This document shows positions 28,356 through 36,896 of a stretch of 64,000 bases of DNA, one piece after another. The stretch spans positions 7,823 to 71,822 of the forward strand of contig JADMKE010000047.1 of assembly GCA_018780035.1 (NCBI GenBank), written 5' to 3'. Below the pieces are notes generated by a model. The model had not been told where the DNA came from. It did no database searches and saw nothing but the letters and a program-made list of their open reading frames with translations. The first letter of the stretch is position 1. Each line of letters opens with the position of its first letter. Source of the stretch: Candidatus Sericytochromatia bacterium. GTDB lineage: Bacteria; Cyanobacteriota; Sericytochromatia; UBA7694. The position numbers and the translations under genes are program-made.

Positions 28356-28557
28356 CTGCTATCCCAAAAATGCGACATTGTCATGAATGCTGCCCAGAGG
28401 GCCCTCCAACGCAGCCGCCACAACCCGCGCCACCAAGATATTACTGCTGACATAACAACATACTGGGTAAACCTTTAGGTGAAAGTGAAAACCAAATGAA
28501 AAAGAAGCTCTGTACTGGTTCATTATCATTATCTAAAAATAAGGCGGTGGTGACAAA

Positions 28558-29094
28558 ATGCTTCACAAATTTTTCTTTTCTTGTGTCTTTATGTTTGGGG
28601 TTAATTTGCCTTCATTTGCAGTCAATAGCCATGGTTTACAGAAGGTGCATATTCAAGCCTTAAAAGTGCTAGGAAAACCAATTGCGGTCCCCTATTACAC
28701 TCCAGACACTTGTAAAGTTGATTTTGTGAGTATCATTGATAGCGTTAAAATTCAATTAGGTGGTTTGGGCTATAAAATTCAATACGTATGTAAAAACGCT
28801 TTGATTTATCAGATTGAAGCAACTCAAGGTGGTATCGGAGATATTCCTTTTGAAGGATTGGATTTTCAGGTCAACAACAAACAATTTGGCAAAATATTTG
28901 TAACATATTTCCAACCAAGCGAAAATGGTCCTGAAATGAAACAGCCATTTTACTCTACTGGTTGGTTTGACATGGGAAAAGGCTCTCTTTTTTTCACATT
29001 TCATACAGGAAATGGAAGACTTGATAGCACAAGCCCTCCACTGAGCAAGGCTGAGGTTTTAAAAATTGTAGCCTCGATGGGTCTCCTAAAATAG
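28558..29094 (+). CDS. orphan secreted protein in an AT-rich islet
   Basis: Hydrophobic N-terminus FFFSCVFMFGVNLPSFA. 178 aa, with no family recognised. Confidence 0.5.
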   Translation: MLHKFFFSCVFMFGVNLPSFAVNSHGLQKVHIQALKVLGKPIAVPYYTPDTCKVDFVSIIDSVKIQLGGLGYKIQYVCKNALIYQIEATQGGIGDIPFEGLDFQVNNKQFGKIFVTYFQPSENGPEMKQPFYSTGWFDMGKGSLFFTFHTGNGRLDSTSPPLSKAEVLKIVASMGLLK

Positions 29095-29210
29095 GATTTA
29101 CCAAACCAACCCCGCCTTTAATCTGCCCTATTCACGGCGGGTTATATCACTCAGCTACCCTCTCTGAGCAGGCCCGGCTTCTCAAGTGGTTCCTTACCAG
29201 ATCAATGTGT

Positions 29211-31016
29211 CTATTGAAGCAGGGCCAAAAACGCCTCGCCATACTTCTCCAACTTATGCGCCCCAATGCCACTGATCTTGAGCAGGGCTTCTCGGCTTTG
29301 GGGTTGGGCGTCGGCCATTTCTGCCAGGGTGGCGTCGCTGAAGATCATATACGGGGGAATGCCCGCCTGATCTGCGAGTTCTTTGCGCAGTTTGCGCAAT
29401 CGCTCAAAGAGCGAGGGATTGTAGTCAAATTCTGAAGCTTTGCGTTTGCCTTTTTTCTCTTTGGGAGCTTTGGGGGCGCGCACACGGGGCAGGGCCATGA
29501 TCAGGGTCTCTTCGCCGCGCATCAGAGCTTTGGCGGGCTGCAATAATTTGAGCACCGAATAATCCCCGACATCTTGGGACAAAAATCCCCTGTGGACCAA
29601 ATGACGCAGCAGGTTGCGCCAATAATCTGCACTTTGCTCAGCACCAATGCCATAGGTGCTGATTTTGTCGTGGCCCCTTTGCAGAATTCGCTCATGGTTG
29701 GGGCCGGTGCCTCTCAAAACGTCGATCACATAGGCCATGCCAAAACGCTGTTTGAGCCAATAGACACACGACAGGGCCTTTTGGGCGTCCACAGTCACAT
29801 CCCGCATTTCGGGCGGGTTCAAGCAGATATCACAATTGCCACAGTCTTGGGCCGGGCTTTCGCCAAAATAACCCACCAAAATGCGGCGGCGACAGCTCAG
29901 GGCCTCAGCAAAACCGATCATGGAATTGAGCTTGTGGCTTTCGATCCGGCGGCGTTCGGGGTTTTCGGAGTTTTCAATCAGGCCACGGGCAATTGCGACA
30001 TCGCCAAAGCCAAACAAGAGCAACGCTTCTGCCGGCATGCCATCGCGTCCTGCGCGCCCGGTCTCCTGGTAATAGCCCTCGATGTTTTTGGGCAGGTCAT
30101 AGTGCACGATAAAGCGCACATTGGATTTGTCGATGCCCATGCCAAAGGCCACTGTGGCCACGATCAATTGCAAATTGTCTTGTAAAAATTCGTTTTGCAC
30201 CCGCTTGCGCTCGCCCGCACTCAGGCCCGCGTGGTAAGCCGCGGCGGCATAACCGCGATCGACGAGCATCTGGCTTACTTTTTCAACCTGTTTGCGGCTC
30301 AGGCAATAGACAATGCCCGCTTCTTCGACATGCTCTTTGAGAAAGGCCACCAATTGCTCAGCGGGTTTGCTCTTTTCAAGCACCGTATAGCGGATATTGG
30401 GCCGGTCAAAGCCCGAAACAAAGCTGCGTTCGGGTGGCAATTGCAGCAGGCGCAGAATGTCTTGGCGGGTATGGGCCTCAGCGGTAGCCGTTAGAGCAAT
30501 CAACGGCACATCTGGGAAAGATTCCCGCAATTGGCCCAATTGGCTGTATTCAGGCCGAAAGTCGTGGCCCCACTGCGAAATACAATGGGCCTCGTCGATT
30601 GCAAAGAGGGCGATTTCAATCTCCTTTAAGCGTTCGAGAAAGCCTTCACTGAGCAGGCGCTCGGGGGCGATATACAGCAGATCGAGTTCGCCTGAGTGGA
30701 GTTTCGCCAGCACCCGCCTGGACTCGGCCTGCCCCAAAGAAGAGTTGTAACAGGCGGCGCTGACCCCGTTTTCGAGCAGGGCATCGACCTGATCTTTCAT
30801 CAAAGAGATCAGCGGTGAGACCACAATCCCAACGCCGGGGCGGTGCAAGGCCGGAATCTGGTAGCAAAGAGATTTTCCGCCGCCGGTGGGCATCAGCACA
30901 AAGGCATCCTGGCCCGCAATCAGGCCGCTGATAATCTCTGCTTGTAAGGGACGAAAGGCCGGATAGCCAAAGATCCGCTTGAGGGTGTCCAGGGGAGAGG
31001 CTTGGGCGACAGTCAT
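29211..31016 (-). CDS. recQ: ATP-dependent DNA helicase RecQ
   Basis: FGYPAFRPLQ, PTGGGKSLCYQIPAL, the DEAH box (FAIDEAHCISQWGHDFRPEY), the RQC zinc motif CGNCDIC and a C-terminal HRDC. The start is ATG 31016, preceded by GAGGAG; the ORF-track start at 31142 adds 42 unlikely residues. Confidence 0.95.
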   Translation of the reverse strand: MTVAQASPLDTLKRIFGYPAFRPLQAEIISGLIAGQDAFVLMPTGGGKSLCYQIPALHRPGVGIVVSPLISLMKDQVDALLENGVSAACYNSSLGQAESRRVLAKLHSGELDLLYIAPERLLSEGFLERLKEIEIALFAIDEAHCISQWGHDFRPEYSQLGQLRESFPDVPLIALTATAEAHTRQDILRLLQLPPERSFVSGFDRPNIRYTVLEKSKPAEQLVAFLKEHVEEAGIVYCLSRKQVEKVSQMLVDRGYAAAAYHAGLSAGERKRVQNEFLQDNLQLIVATVAFGMGIDKSNVRFIVHYDLPKNIEGYYQETGRAGRDGMPAEALLLFGFGDVAIARGLIENSENPERRRIESHKLNSMIGFAEALSCRRRILVGYFGESPAQDCGNCDICLNPPEMRDVTVDAQKALSCVYWLKQRFGMAYVIDVLRGTGPNHERILQRGHDKISTYGIGAEQSADYWRNLLRHLVHRGFLSQDVGDYSVLKLLQPAKALMRGEETLIMALPRVRAPKAPKEKKGKRKASEFDYNPSLFERLRKLRKELADQAGIPPYMIFSDATLAEMADAQPQSREALLKISGIGAHKLEKYGEAFLALLQ

Positions 31017-31229
31017 CAGAAGCGGCTCCTCTCGAAGTGTATTGGCTTGTATGCTCAAAACATTATACCTCAAATTTGTCTTGCTCAGTGGCCATGATTC
31101 GCTGCCCCCTTCAGGCCTGCGTGTAGGAAATTTCTCAGACAAAGATGCGGGCTTGGCTGACAGTCTTTGAACAGCTGCTGCGTCAGAATAAAGATCGAAA
31201 GCTAAAAAAAGTCAAAGAGGTTCAAGATC

Positions 31230-32639
31230 ATGGTTCAATGGCAGCCCGTTATACTCTGTGGGGGTTCTGGTACCCGGCTTTGGCCTTTGTCACGGGAGGC
31301 CTTTCCCAAACAATTTATTCGCTCAGACTCAGCCCATTCACTCTTTCAGGAAACCCTGCTGCGCTTTAAAGATCACACAGCCTTTGCTTCGCCCCTGGTG
31401 GTTAGCCACGAGAATCACCGTTTTTTGGTGGCTGAGCAAATGCGCCAGATCAAACAAGCTGCTCAAGCCCTTATTTTGGAGCCTGTGGCGCGCAATACCG
31501 CACCAGCTTTAACCTTGGCAGCCCTGTATGCCCTCTCCAAAGATTCAGAGAGTTTGCTCTTGGTCTTGCCTTCGGATCATGCCCTCAAACACCCTTCGGC
31601 GTTAAATGACCTGCTGCCCCAGGCGACAGAATTGGCTCTCTCTGGCAAAATTGTCACGTTTGGGATTGCGCCCGACCGGCCCGAAACCGGCTATGGCTAT
31701 TTGCTCACAGAGGGCAATAACTTGATGGCTTTTGTCGAAAAACCCGATTCTGAAACGGCTTTAAATTACCTTGCTTCGGGGAAATATCTTTGGAACAGTG
31801 GCATGTTGGCCATGAAAGCCAGTACTTGGATTTCAGAGTTGGATAAATATGCCCCAGAGATTCTCTCTGCCTGTACCCAAGCCATGGCCTCAGCCAGCCA
31901 AGATCAACTTTTTGTTCGCCCTGAGGCCGCCGCCTTTGCCACTTGCCCTGCCTTGGCGAGTGATTATGCTGTGATGGAAAAAACCCAAAACGGAGCTGTC
32001 TTAAGGCTTCAGGCCGGTTGGTCGGATGTGGGTTCTTGGGATGCCTTTAAAGACCTCTTGCCCCAAGATGAATCGGGAAATGCCATACAGGGAGATGTCT
32101 TTAGCTATTTATCCAGTGGCAATCTTGTCCAGAGCAATAGTCGATTTGTGGCCACTTTGGGTGTGCAAGATTTAATTGTGGTTGAAACCCCCGATGCGGT
32201 GCTGGTGGCCAGCAAATCACAGGCCCAAAATGTGAAACAGGTGGTTCAATACTTACAGCTGAATCAACGTCCCGAAGCCGAGAATCACACCCGCGTTGCC
32301 CGCCCCTGGGGCTTTTATGAGACGGTGGATCGCGGCGAACGCTTTCAGGTCAAACGCATCACCGTCTTGCCGGGGCAGGCCCTGTCCAAACAAATGCACC
32401 ACCACCGCTCGGAACATTGGGTGGTGGTCAAAGGCACCGCCAGTGTCACCCGTGGCGAAGAAGTGCGTTTGCTGACTGAAAATGAATCGGTGTATATTCC
32501 AGTGGGTACCATTCACCGTCTCGAAAATCCTGGTACTATTGATCTGGAGTTAATTGAAGTTCAGTCAGGGGCGTATCTGGGTGAAGATGATATTGTGCGC
32601 TTTGAAGACCGCTACCACAGGCATGAAACACCGACATAA
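31230..32639 (+). CDS. manC: mannose-1-phosphate guanylyltransferase / mannose-6-phosphate isomerase
   Basis: N-terminal ILCGGSGTRLWPLSREAFPKQF. The C-terminal cupin reads HHRSEHWVVVKGTASV...VYIPVGTIHRLENPG. Confidence 0.9.
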   Translation: MVQWQPVILCGGSGTRLWPLSREAFPKQFIRSDSAHSLFQETLLRFKDHTAFASPLVVSHENHRFLVAEQMRQIKQAAQALILEPVARNTAPALTLAALYALSKDSESLLLVLPSDHALKHPSALNDLLPQATELALSGKIVTFGIAPDRPETGYGYLLTEGNNLMAFVEKPDSETALNYLASGKYLWNSGMLAMKASTWISELDKYAPEILSACTQAMASASQDQLFVRPEAAAFATCPALASDYAVMEKTQNGAVLRLQAGWSDVGSWDAFKDLLPQDESGNAIQGDVFSYLSSGNLVQSNSRFVATLGVQDLIVVETPDAVLVASKSQAQNVKQVVQYLQLNQRPEAENHTRVARPWGFYETVDRGERFQVKRITVLPGQALSKQMHHHRSEHWVVVKGTASVTRGEEVRLLTENESVYIPVGTIHRLENPGTIDLELIEVQSGAYLGEDDIVRFEDRYHRHETPT

Positions 32640-32648
32640 CGGGGTGTT

Positions 32649-33836
32649 ATGAAGCTTTTATTGGTAGAAGATGATGCAAGTATGGGGTTGCTCTTTGAGC
32701 GACTCCTGACCCGTTTGGGTTATGAAGTTTGTATCGAAAAAAGCGCTGAAGCAGCCTGGGATCGTTTTCAGTACGAGCCCTTTGATCTGGTCATTACCGA
32801 TTGGGTGCTTGCAGGTATCAGCGGTTTAGAACTTTGCAAACGTTTGCGCTCCCTCCCTTATGGCGAATACATTTATATCTGTGTTGTCACTGCCCGTAAT
32901 TCCAAAGAAGATTTGCTCGAAGTGCTTGAAGCCGGTGCCAACGACTATCTGGCCAAACCCCTTGAAATCCCGCTTTTGGAAGTGCGTATTCGGATTGCAG
33001 AACAACAGGTCTTTCATCTCCAACAGCGCCGCGAAGCCAGGGCTGAGTTGTCTCGCCATCAGCTGGAATTGGAAGGGCGTGTTTTGTCGCGCACAGAAGA
33101 GCTTTCGGAAATGATTCAGGCACTGCAAGATGAGATCAACCAACGGCGCAATGCCGAAACCCGCCTGGCCCAAACCCATCTCCAATTAAGGGCCTTGGCC
33201 AGCCATTTGCTCTCGATTCAAGAAGAGCAACAAAAACGGATATCTCGGGAAATCCATGATGAGCTGGGACAGGCCATGACGGCACTCAAACTGGACTTGG
33301 CCTGGCTGCTACAGCAATTAAACGACCAACCGGTTTTACAGGCAAAAATCCAAAAAATGATCCCTTTGGTCAGCGATACCATTTCCACCATTCAGCGCAT
33401 TTGTGCGGAACTCAGACCCGGCCTGTTGGACGATCTTGGGCTTGAAGCCGCTCTGGAGTGGCTGGTACAAGAATTTGGCGAACGTACGGGTTTGGTCTGT
33501 CTATTGCATTTTGAACCCGAAGAATTAGCACTGCCGATGGACCTTTCCACGACACTGTTTCGCATTTGTCAGGAATCTTTGACCAATATTATGCGCCATG
33601 CCCAAGCCAAACAAGTGAAAATCAGCCTGACCCGCGTCGAGCAAACGGTTTCGCTGCGTGTCCAAGACGATGGCAAAGGCATTTCTGCAGATCAAATCAA
33701 CCACCCCCATTCACTGGGTCTGATGGGGATTCGCGAGCGGGTTTTGCCCTGGAATGGCGATGTCACAATCTCAGGCCAAAGCGGTCAGGGCACCACTATT
33801 TTTGTTCAAGTCAGCCTGGAGGAAGAAACCCCATGA
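32649..33836 (+). CDS. hybrid sensor: N-terminal receiver - coiled coil - HisKA_3 - HATPase_c
   Basis: REC segment LLLVEDD...DLVITDWVLAGISG...K, H-box ISREIHDELGQ, and an ATPase domain with GLMGIRERV and GQGTTIF. Confidence 0.85.
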   Translation: MKLLLVEDDASMGLLFERLLTRLGYEVCIEKSAEAAWDRFQYEPFDLVITDWVLAGISGLELCKRLRSLPYGEYIYICVVTARNSKEDLLEVLEAGANDYLAKPLEIPLLEVRIRIAEQQVFHLQQRREARAELSRHQLELEGRVLSRTEELSEMIQALQDEINQRRNAETRLAQTHLQLRALASHLLSIQEEQQKRISREIHDELGQAMTALKLDLAWLLQQLNDQPVLQAKIQKMIPLVSDTISTIQRICAELRPGLLDDLGLEAALEWLVQEFGERTGLVCLLHFEPEELALPMDLSTTLFRICQESLTNIMRHAQAKQVKISLTRVEQTVSLRVQDDGKGISADQINHPHSLGLMGIRERVLPWNGDVTISGQSGQGTTIFVQVSLEEETP

Positions 33837-34459
33837 TTTCTATTTTAATTGCCGATGATCACGCCATTGTGCGTGAAGGTTTGAAGCAAATTCTGTCGGG
33901 ATTGCCCGATTTTAAGGTCAGTGCAGAGGCCTCCAGCGGTTATGAGACGATCCAGAAATTGGAAGAAATGCCCATCGATTTGGTGATTTTGGATATCAAC
34001 CTCGGTGATCAAAATGGACTCGAAGTGCTCAAGCAGATTCGCCAAAAATGGGCCAGCTTGCCCGTTTTAATTCTGACCATGCATTCTGAAAAACAATATG
34101 CCACCCGCATGCTCAAAGCCGGGGCTTCGGGCTTTTTAAACAAAGGTTCTGCTTCAGAAGAATTGGTCAATGCCCTGCGCAAAATTGCCCGTGGTGGCAA
34201 ATACATCACCGAGAGTCTGGCAGAACAATTGGTGATGGAAATGGGGCAAAGCACAGCGGTGCCGCACGAGCGGCTCTCAGACCGGGAATTTGAAATTTTT
34301 AGGCAAATTGCGATTGGCAAAAAGAACAAAGAAATTGCTGAAGAACTGTATTTAAGCGAAAAAACGGTCAGCACCTATCAAAGCCGGATTCTCGAAAAAA
34401 TGAACCTGGCCAATCGCGCAGCCATCATTCACTATGCTTTGGAGAACAGTTTGATCTAG
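33833..34459 (+). CDS. NarL/FixJ-family response regulator (REC + LuxR-type HTH)
   Basis: MISILIADDHAIVREG..., DLVILDINLGDQNG, and C-terminal LSDREFEIFRQIAIGKKNKEIAEELYLSEKTVSTYQSRILEKM. The ATG overlaps the kinase stop (ATGA at 33833..33836). Confidence 0.9.
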   Translation: MISILIADDHAIVREGLKQILSGLPDFKVSAEASSGYETIQKLEEMPIDLVILDINLGDQNGLEVLKQIRQKWASLPVLILTMHSEKQYATRMLKAGASGFLNKGSASEELVNALRKIARGGKYITESLAEQLVMEMGQSTAVPHERLSDREFEIFRQIAIGKKNKEIAEELYLSEKTVSTYQSRILEKMNLANRAAIIHYALENSLI

Positions 34460-34488
34460 CTCCAACCCTTTGGCATTCAGGCTTGGAG

Positions 34489-34523
34489 AATTTTCTGACA
34501 GCAAGTAGCGGCAAGTCCTGATA
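34489..34523 (+). promoter_or_regulatory. bipartite locus motif, copy 1 (AATTTTCTGACA-N17-CTGATA)
   Basis: CTGACA at 34495..34500 and CTGATA at 34518..34523. It lies 55 nt upstream of ATG 34579. Confidence 0.45.
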
Positions 34524-34578
34524 GGGCCCGGTAGGTGGGAATGATTCAATAGAATTATCACCACTCACCGGAGGAAAC

Positions 34579-35196
34579 ATGAAAAAGATTCTGGCTCTGC
34601 TGCTGGCTTTAAGTGCCTGCCAAACCCTTCCCCTTAGTACCCCAACGGGAAACCCCTCAGTGGCGGACCGGCCACGCGAAACCACCCCGACGACTGAACT
34701 GGCAGCTTCCAGCCCCTCAGTTGAAACCGCTTTGGCCCCCCGTCCAGCACAAGGCCCCACTGTGGCCAAGAATGTGCCTCAATCTTCCCCAGCTGCCCGC
34801 GCAGTGAATCTTCCCACCACTGTCTCTGCTTCTGTTCCCAATACAGCCAATGTTGCACCTGTTGCAGCCCCCAAAACCCGCATCCCGATTGCCAGCTTAA
34901 ACGTGCCCAAGGGCTTTGATTATGCCACGACCCAAGATGTTCAGGTCGATATCCAGGTCAAGAGTCCCAACGGCAACCCCTACCAAAAAGTGATGGTTGC
35001 CATCTATGCCGTAGACAGCCAGGGTTTTAATCCCTTGGTACGCGGTGTGACCGATGCTGAGGGCCGTTATCAAGACCTGATGCGGATCCCTGGTTACCAT
35101 CAGGACTTGCAAATCCAGGTCTCTGCTCTGGGCATTGAAAATTACCAACGGGTCAAGATTGTCAACGATCAACTGATTGCTCAATTCGGAAATTAG
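34579..35196 (+). CDS. lipoprotein with a Pro/Thr/Ala-rich linker and a small beta-rich C-terminal domain
   Basis: Lipobox LLALSAC. The C-terminal segment KVMVAIYAVDSQGFNPLVRGVTDAEGRY is carboxypeptidase-regulatory-like. Confidence 0.6.
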   Translation: MKKILALLLALSACQTLPLSTPTGNPSVADRPRETTPTTELAASSPSVETALAPRPAQGPTVAKNVPQSSPAARAVNLPTTVSASVPNTANVAPVAAPKTRIPIASLNVPKGFDYATTQDVQVDIQVKSPNGNPYQKVMVAIYAVDSQGFNPLVRGVTDAEGRYQDLMRIPGYHQDLQIQVSALGIENYQRVKIVNDQLIAQFGN

Positions 35197-35208
35197 AGGG
35201 AAATAACC

Positions 35209-36891
35209 ATGAAAAAGACATTTAACGCTTTATCCATGCAACTTTCAAAAACCTACAGCCTGCTCAGCCTCAGTGGCTTGGCGCTCTTCAGCTTGCTGAC
35301 ACCCGCTCTTGCTGCTGATGTGTATAACTGGGAATTTTTGGCGGGCAATTACAAGGACAATTATGACGCCCAAGGCATTCCCAAGAATCTGGACCCAGCT
35401 CAGCGCAAAGAATACCCCAATGAATTCTGGACCCGACTTTCAGCTTCTCTGCCTGAACAATTGGACATTCGCAAAACCAGCCCCAGCAGCATAACTTCTG
35501 ACAAGTCTGCCAATTTACATATGTTGGAAGAAGGAGATGTCTTTGTGACCTTCTTGCACGAAGGAGCCGGTTACCGCAATAGTTTTGGCTATTTTGTCTA
35601 CGACAAAAACCAGCCCCCGACCAAGTTTGCAGAGATCAAAAGCACAATTGTGTTTCCCAATACCTCTTTTAATGGTTCTGGTGGCAATGCCCGTGGCCTG
35701 AAAAGTGGCGATACCCTTTATCTGGGAAGGTTTAAAGCGGGTCAGAGTTTGGGATTTGTGATTGCCTCTGATGGGTTTGACAGCACCGACGGGGTGCAGA
35801 AAAATCTCGACAGCAGCCGTATTTTTACCACCTTGAGCCAATTGAATCCTGAAAGTGATCCCAGTTTAAAAGCCCATACTGTTTTGCTCTATGATGAAGC
35901 GACCCAGCAGAGTGTTTTGGGCTTGGAAGACATGTTGCGCAGCAATGGCAGCTGTGATCACGATTTTAACGATGTGATTTTTACCCTCAGTGCCAACCCC
36001 CCCGAAGCGGTGGATATCTCGTCTATCAAACCTTTGCCCGAAGCCATTGATAGCGATAAAGATGGGGTATTAGACGCCAATGACAGTTTTCCCAAAGATC
36101 CATCGCGGGCTTTTTACCAGTATTATCCCGAGCAAGGGCAACGCAGCTCCTTGGTCTTTGAAGACAATTGGCCCGCCCAAGGGGATTATGATATGAACGA
36201 TCTGGTGTTGAACTACGCCTTTGAAAACACCACCAATAGCCAAGGCCAGGTCAAAGATATCTCTGTCAATTTTGAATTGGCTGCCCGAGGTGCCGATTTA
36301 CACAATGCCTTTGCCCTCGAAATTCCAGGGCTGGCTCCTGACAATCTCGACAAAGCTGAATTGATCATCGGCAATCAGAGCCAGGTGATACTCCCCGAAT
36401 CGGGACAGCGCAATGCCGTCTTTAACCTGATCGCAGATGCCAGTCGTTTTCTGCCCCAAGGCCAAGGGAAATGCCGCTTTTACAATACCCAAATTGGCTG
36501 TGAAACCCATCCCGGCCAGCAATTTCAGCTCAAATTGTCGCTCAAAACCCCCTTGGCCAAAACGCTGATTGGGCTCCCACCTTACAATCCCTTTATCTAT
36601 CGCACAGATCAACGGGGTTATGAAATTCATCTGCCCAATTACACACCCACCGATCGGGCCAGCAAATCGCTGTTTAAAACCCGTGATGATAATTCAGGCC
36701 CCAATAATTATTATAAAACAAAAAATAATTTGCCCTGGGCCTTAAATATTCCCAGTCAATGGGCTTATCCCTCTGAACAATCTGAAATCTCCAGTGCCTA
36801 TTTGGATTTTAAAACCTGGGCTGAATCCAGCGGTCAGAACAAACCCGACTGGTACCGCCAAAATACCCAAACCGATTTGATTTGGAAATAG
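35209..36891 (+). CDS. secreted DUF4114 / LruC-domain protein
   Basis: Signal peptide. DHDFNDVIFTL is DUF4114-like, and DYDMNDLVLNY plus the C-terminal region follow an LruC-like pattern. It has Asp-rich Ca-binding-like DSDKDGVLDANDSFPKD. Confidence 0.6.
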   Translation: MKKTFNALSMQLSKTYSLLSLSGLALFSLLTPALAADVYNWEFLAGNYKDNYDAQGIPKNLDPAQRKEYPNEFWTRLSASLPEQLDIRKTSPSSITSDKSANLHMLEEGDVFVTFLHEGAGYRNSFGYFVYDKNQPPTKFAEIKSTIVFPNTSFNGSGGNARGLKSGDTLYLGRFKAGQSLGFVIASDGFDSTDGVQKNLDSSRIFTTLSQLNPESDPSLKAHTVLLYDEATQQSVLGLEDMLRSNGSCDHDFNDVIFTLSANPPEAVDISSIKPLPEAIDSDKDGVLDANDSFPKDPSRAFYQYYPEQGQRSSLVFEDNWPAQGDYDMNDLVLNYAFENTTNSQGQVKDISVNFELAARGADLHNAFALEIPGLAPDNLDKAELIIGNQSQVILPESGQRNAVFNLIADASRFLPQGQGKCRFYNTQIGCETHPGQQFQLKLSLKTPLAKTLIGLPPYNPFIYRTDQRGYEIHLPNYTPTDRASKSLFKTRDDNSGPNNYYKTKNNLPWALNIPSQWAYPSEQSEISSAYLDFKTWAESSGQNKPDWYRQNTQTDLIWK

Positions 36892-36896
36892 GTCCG

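Noticed and set aside
28496-28663. 55-codon ORF starting MKKKLCTGSLSLSK and overlapping the start of 28558..29094
   Set aside because: It is in an alternative frame to the longer ORF, which has a clearer signal-peptide-like N-terminus. It has no supporting features.
27259-29210. The AT-rich islet considered as a mobile element or prophage remnant
   Set aside because: No integrase, transposase, tRNA target or flanking direct or inverted repeats were found by eye. It is kept as a compositional finding, not annotated as a mobile element.
29574-30185. 203-aa plus-strand ORF
   Set aside because: It is antisense to the well-supported recQ helicase core.
31017-31142. 42-codon upstream extension of recQ
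   Set aside because: RecQ homology starts after M43, and ATG 31016 has a GAGGAG RBS. The extension has no helicase-related sequence.
31157-31162. Plus-strand CTGACA upstream of manC, considered as an eighth motif copy driving manC
   Set aside because: It lacks the upstream A/T tract, and the sequence 17 nt downstream (GCGTCA) does not match the CTGAnn half. Only the minus-strand reading resembles the motif.
33566-33832. N-terminal 89-codon extension of the NarL-type regulator ORF
   Set aside because: The extension overlaps the HATPase domain of the kinase in another frame. The receiver domain begins at MISILIADD (ATG 33833) with an ATGA overlap.
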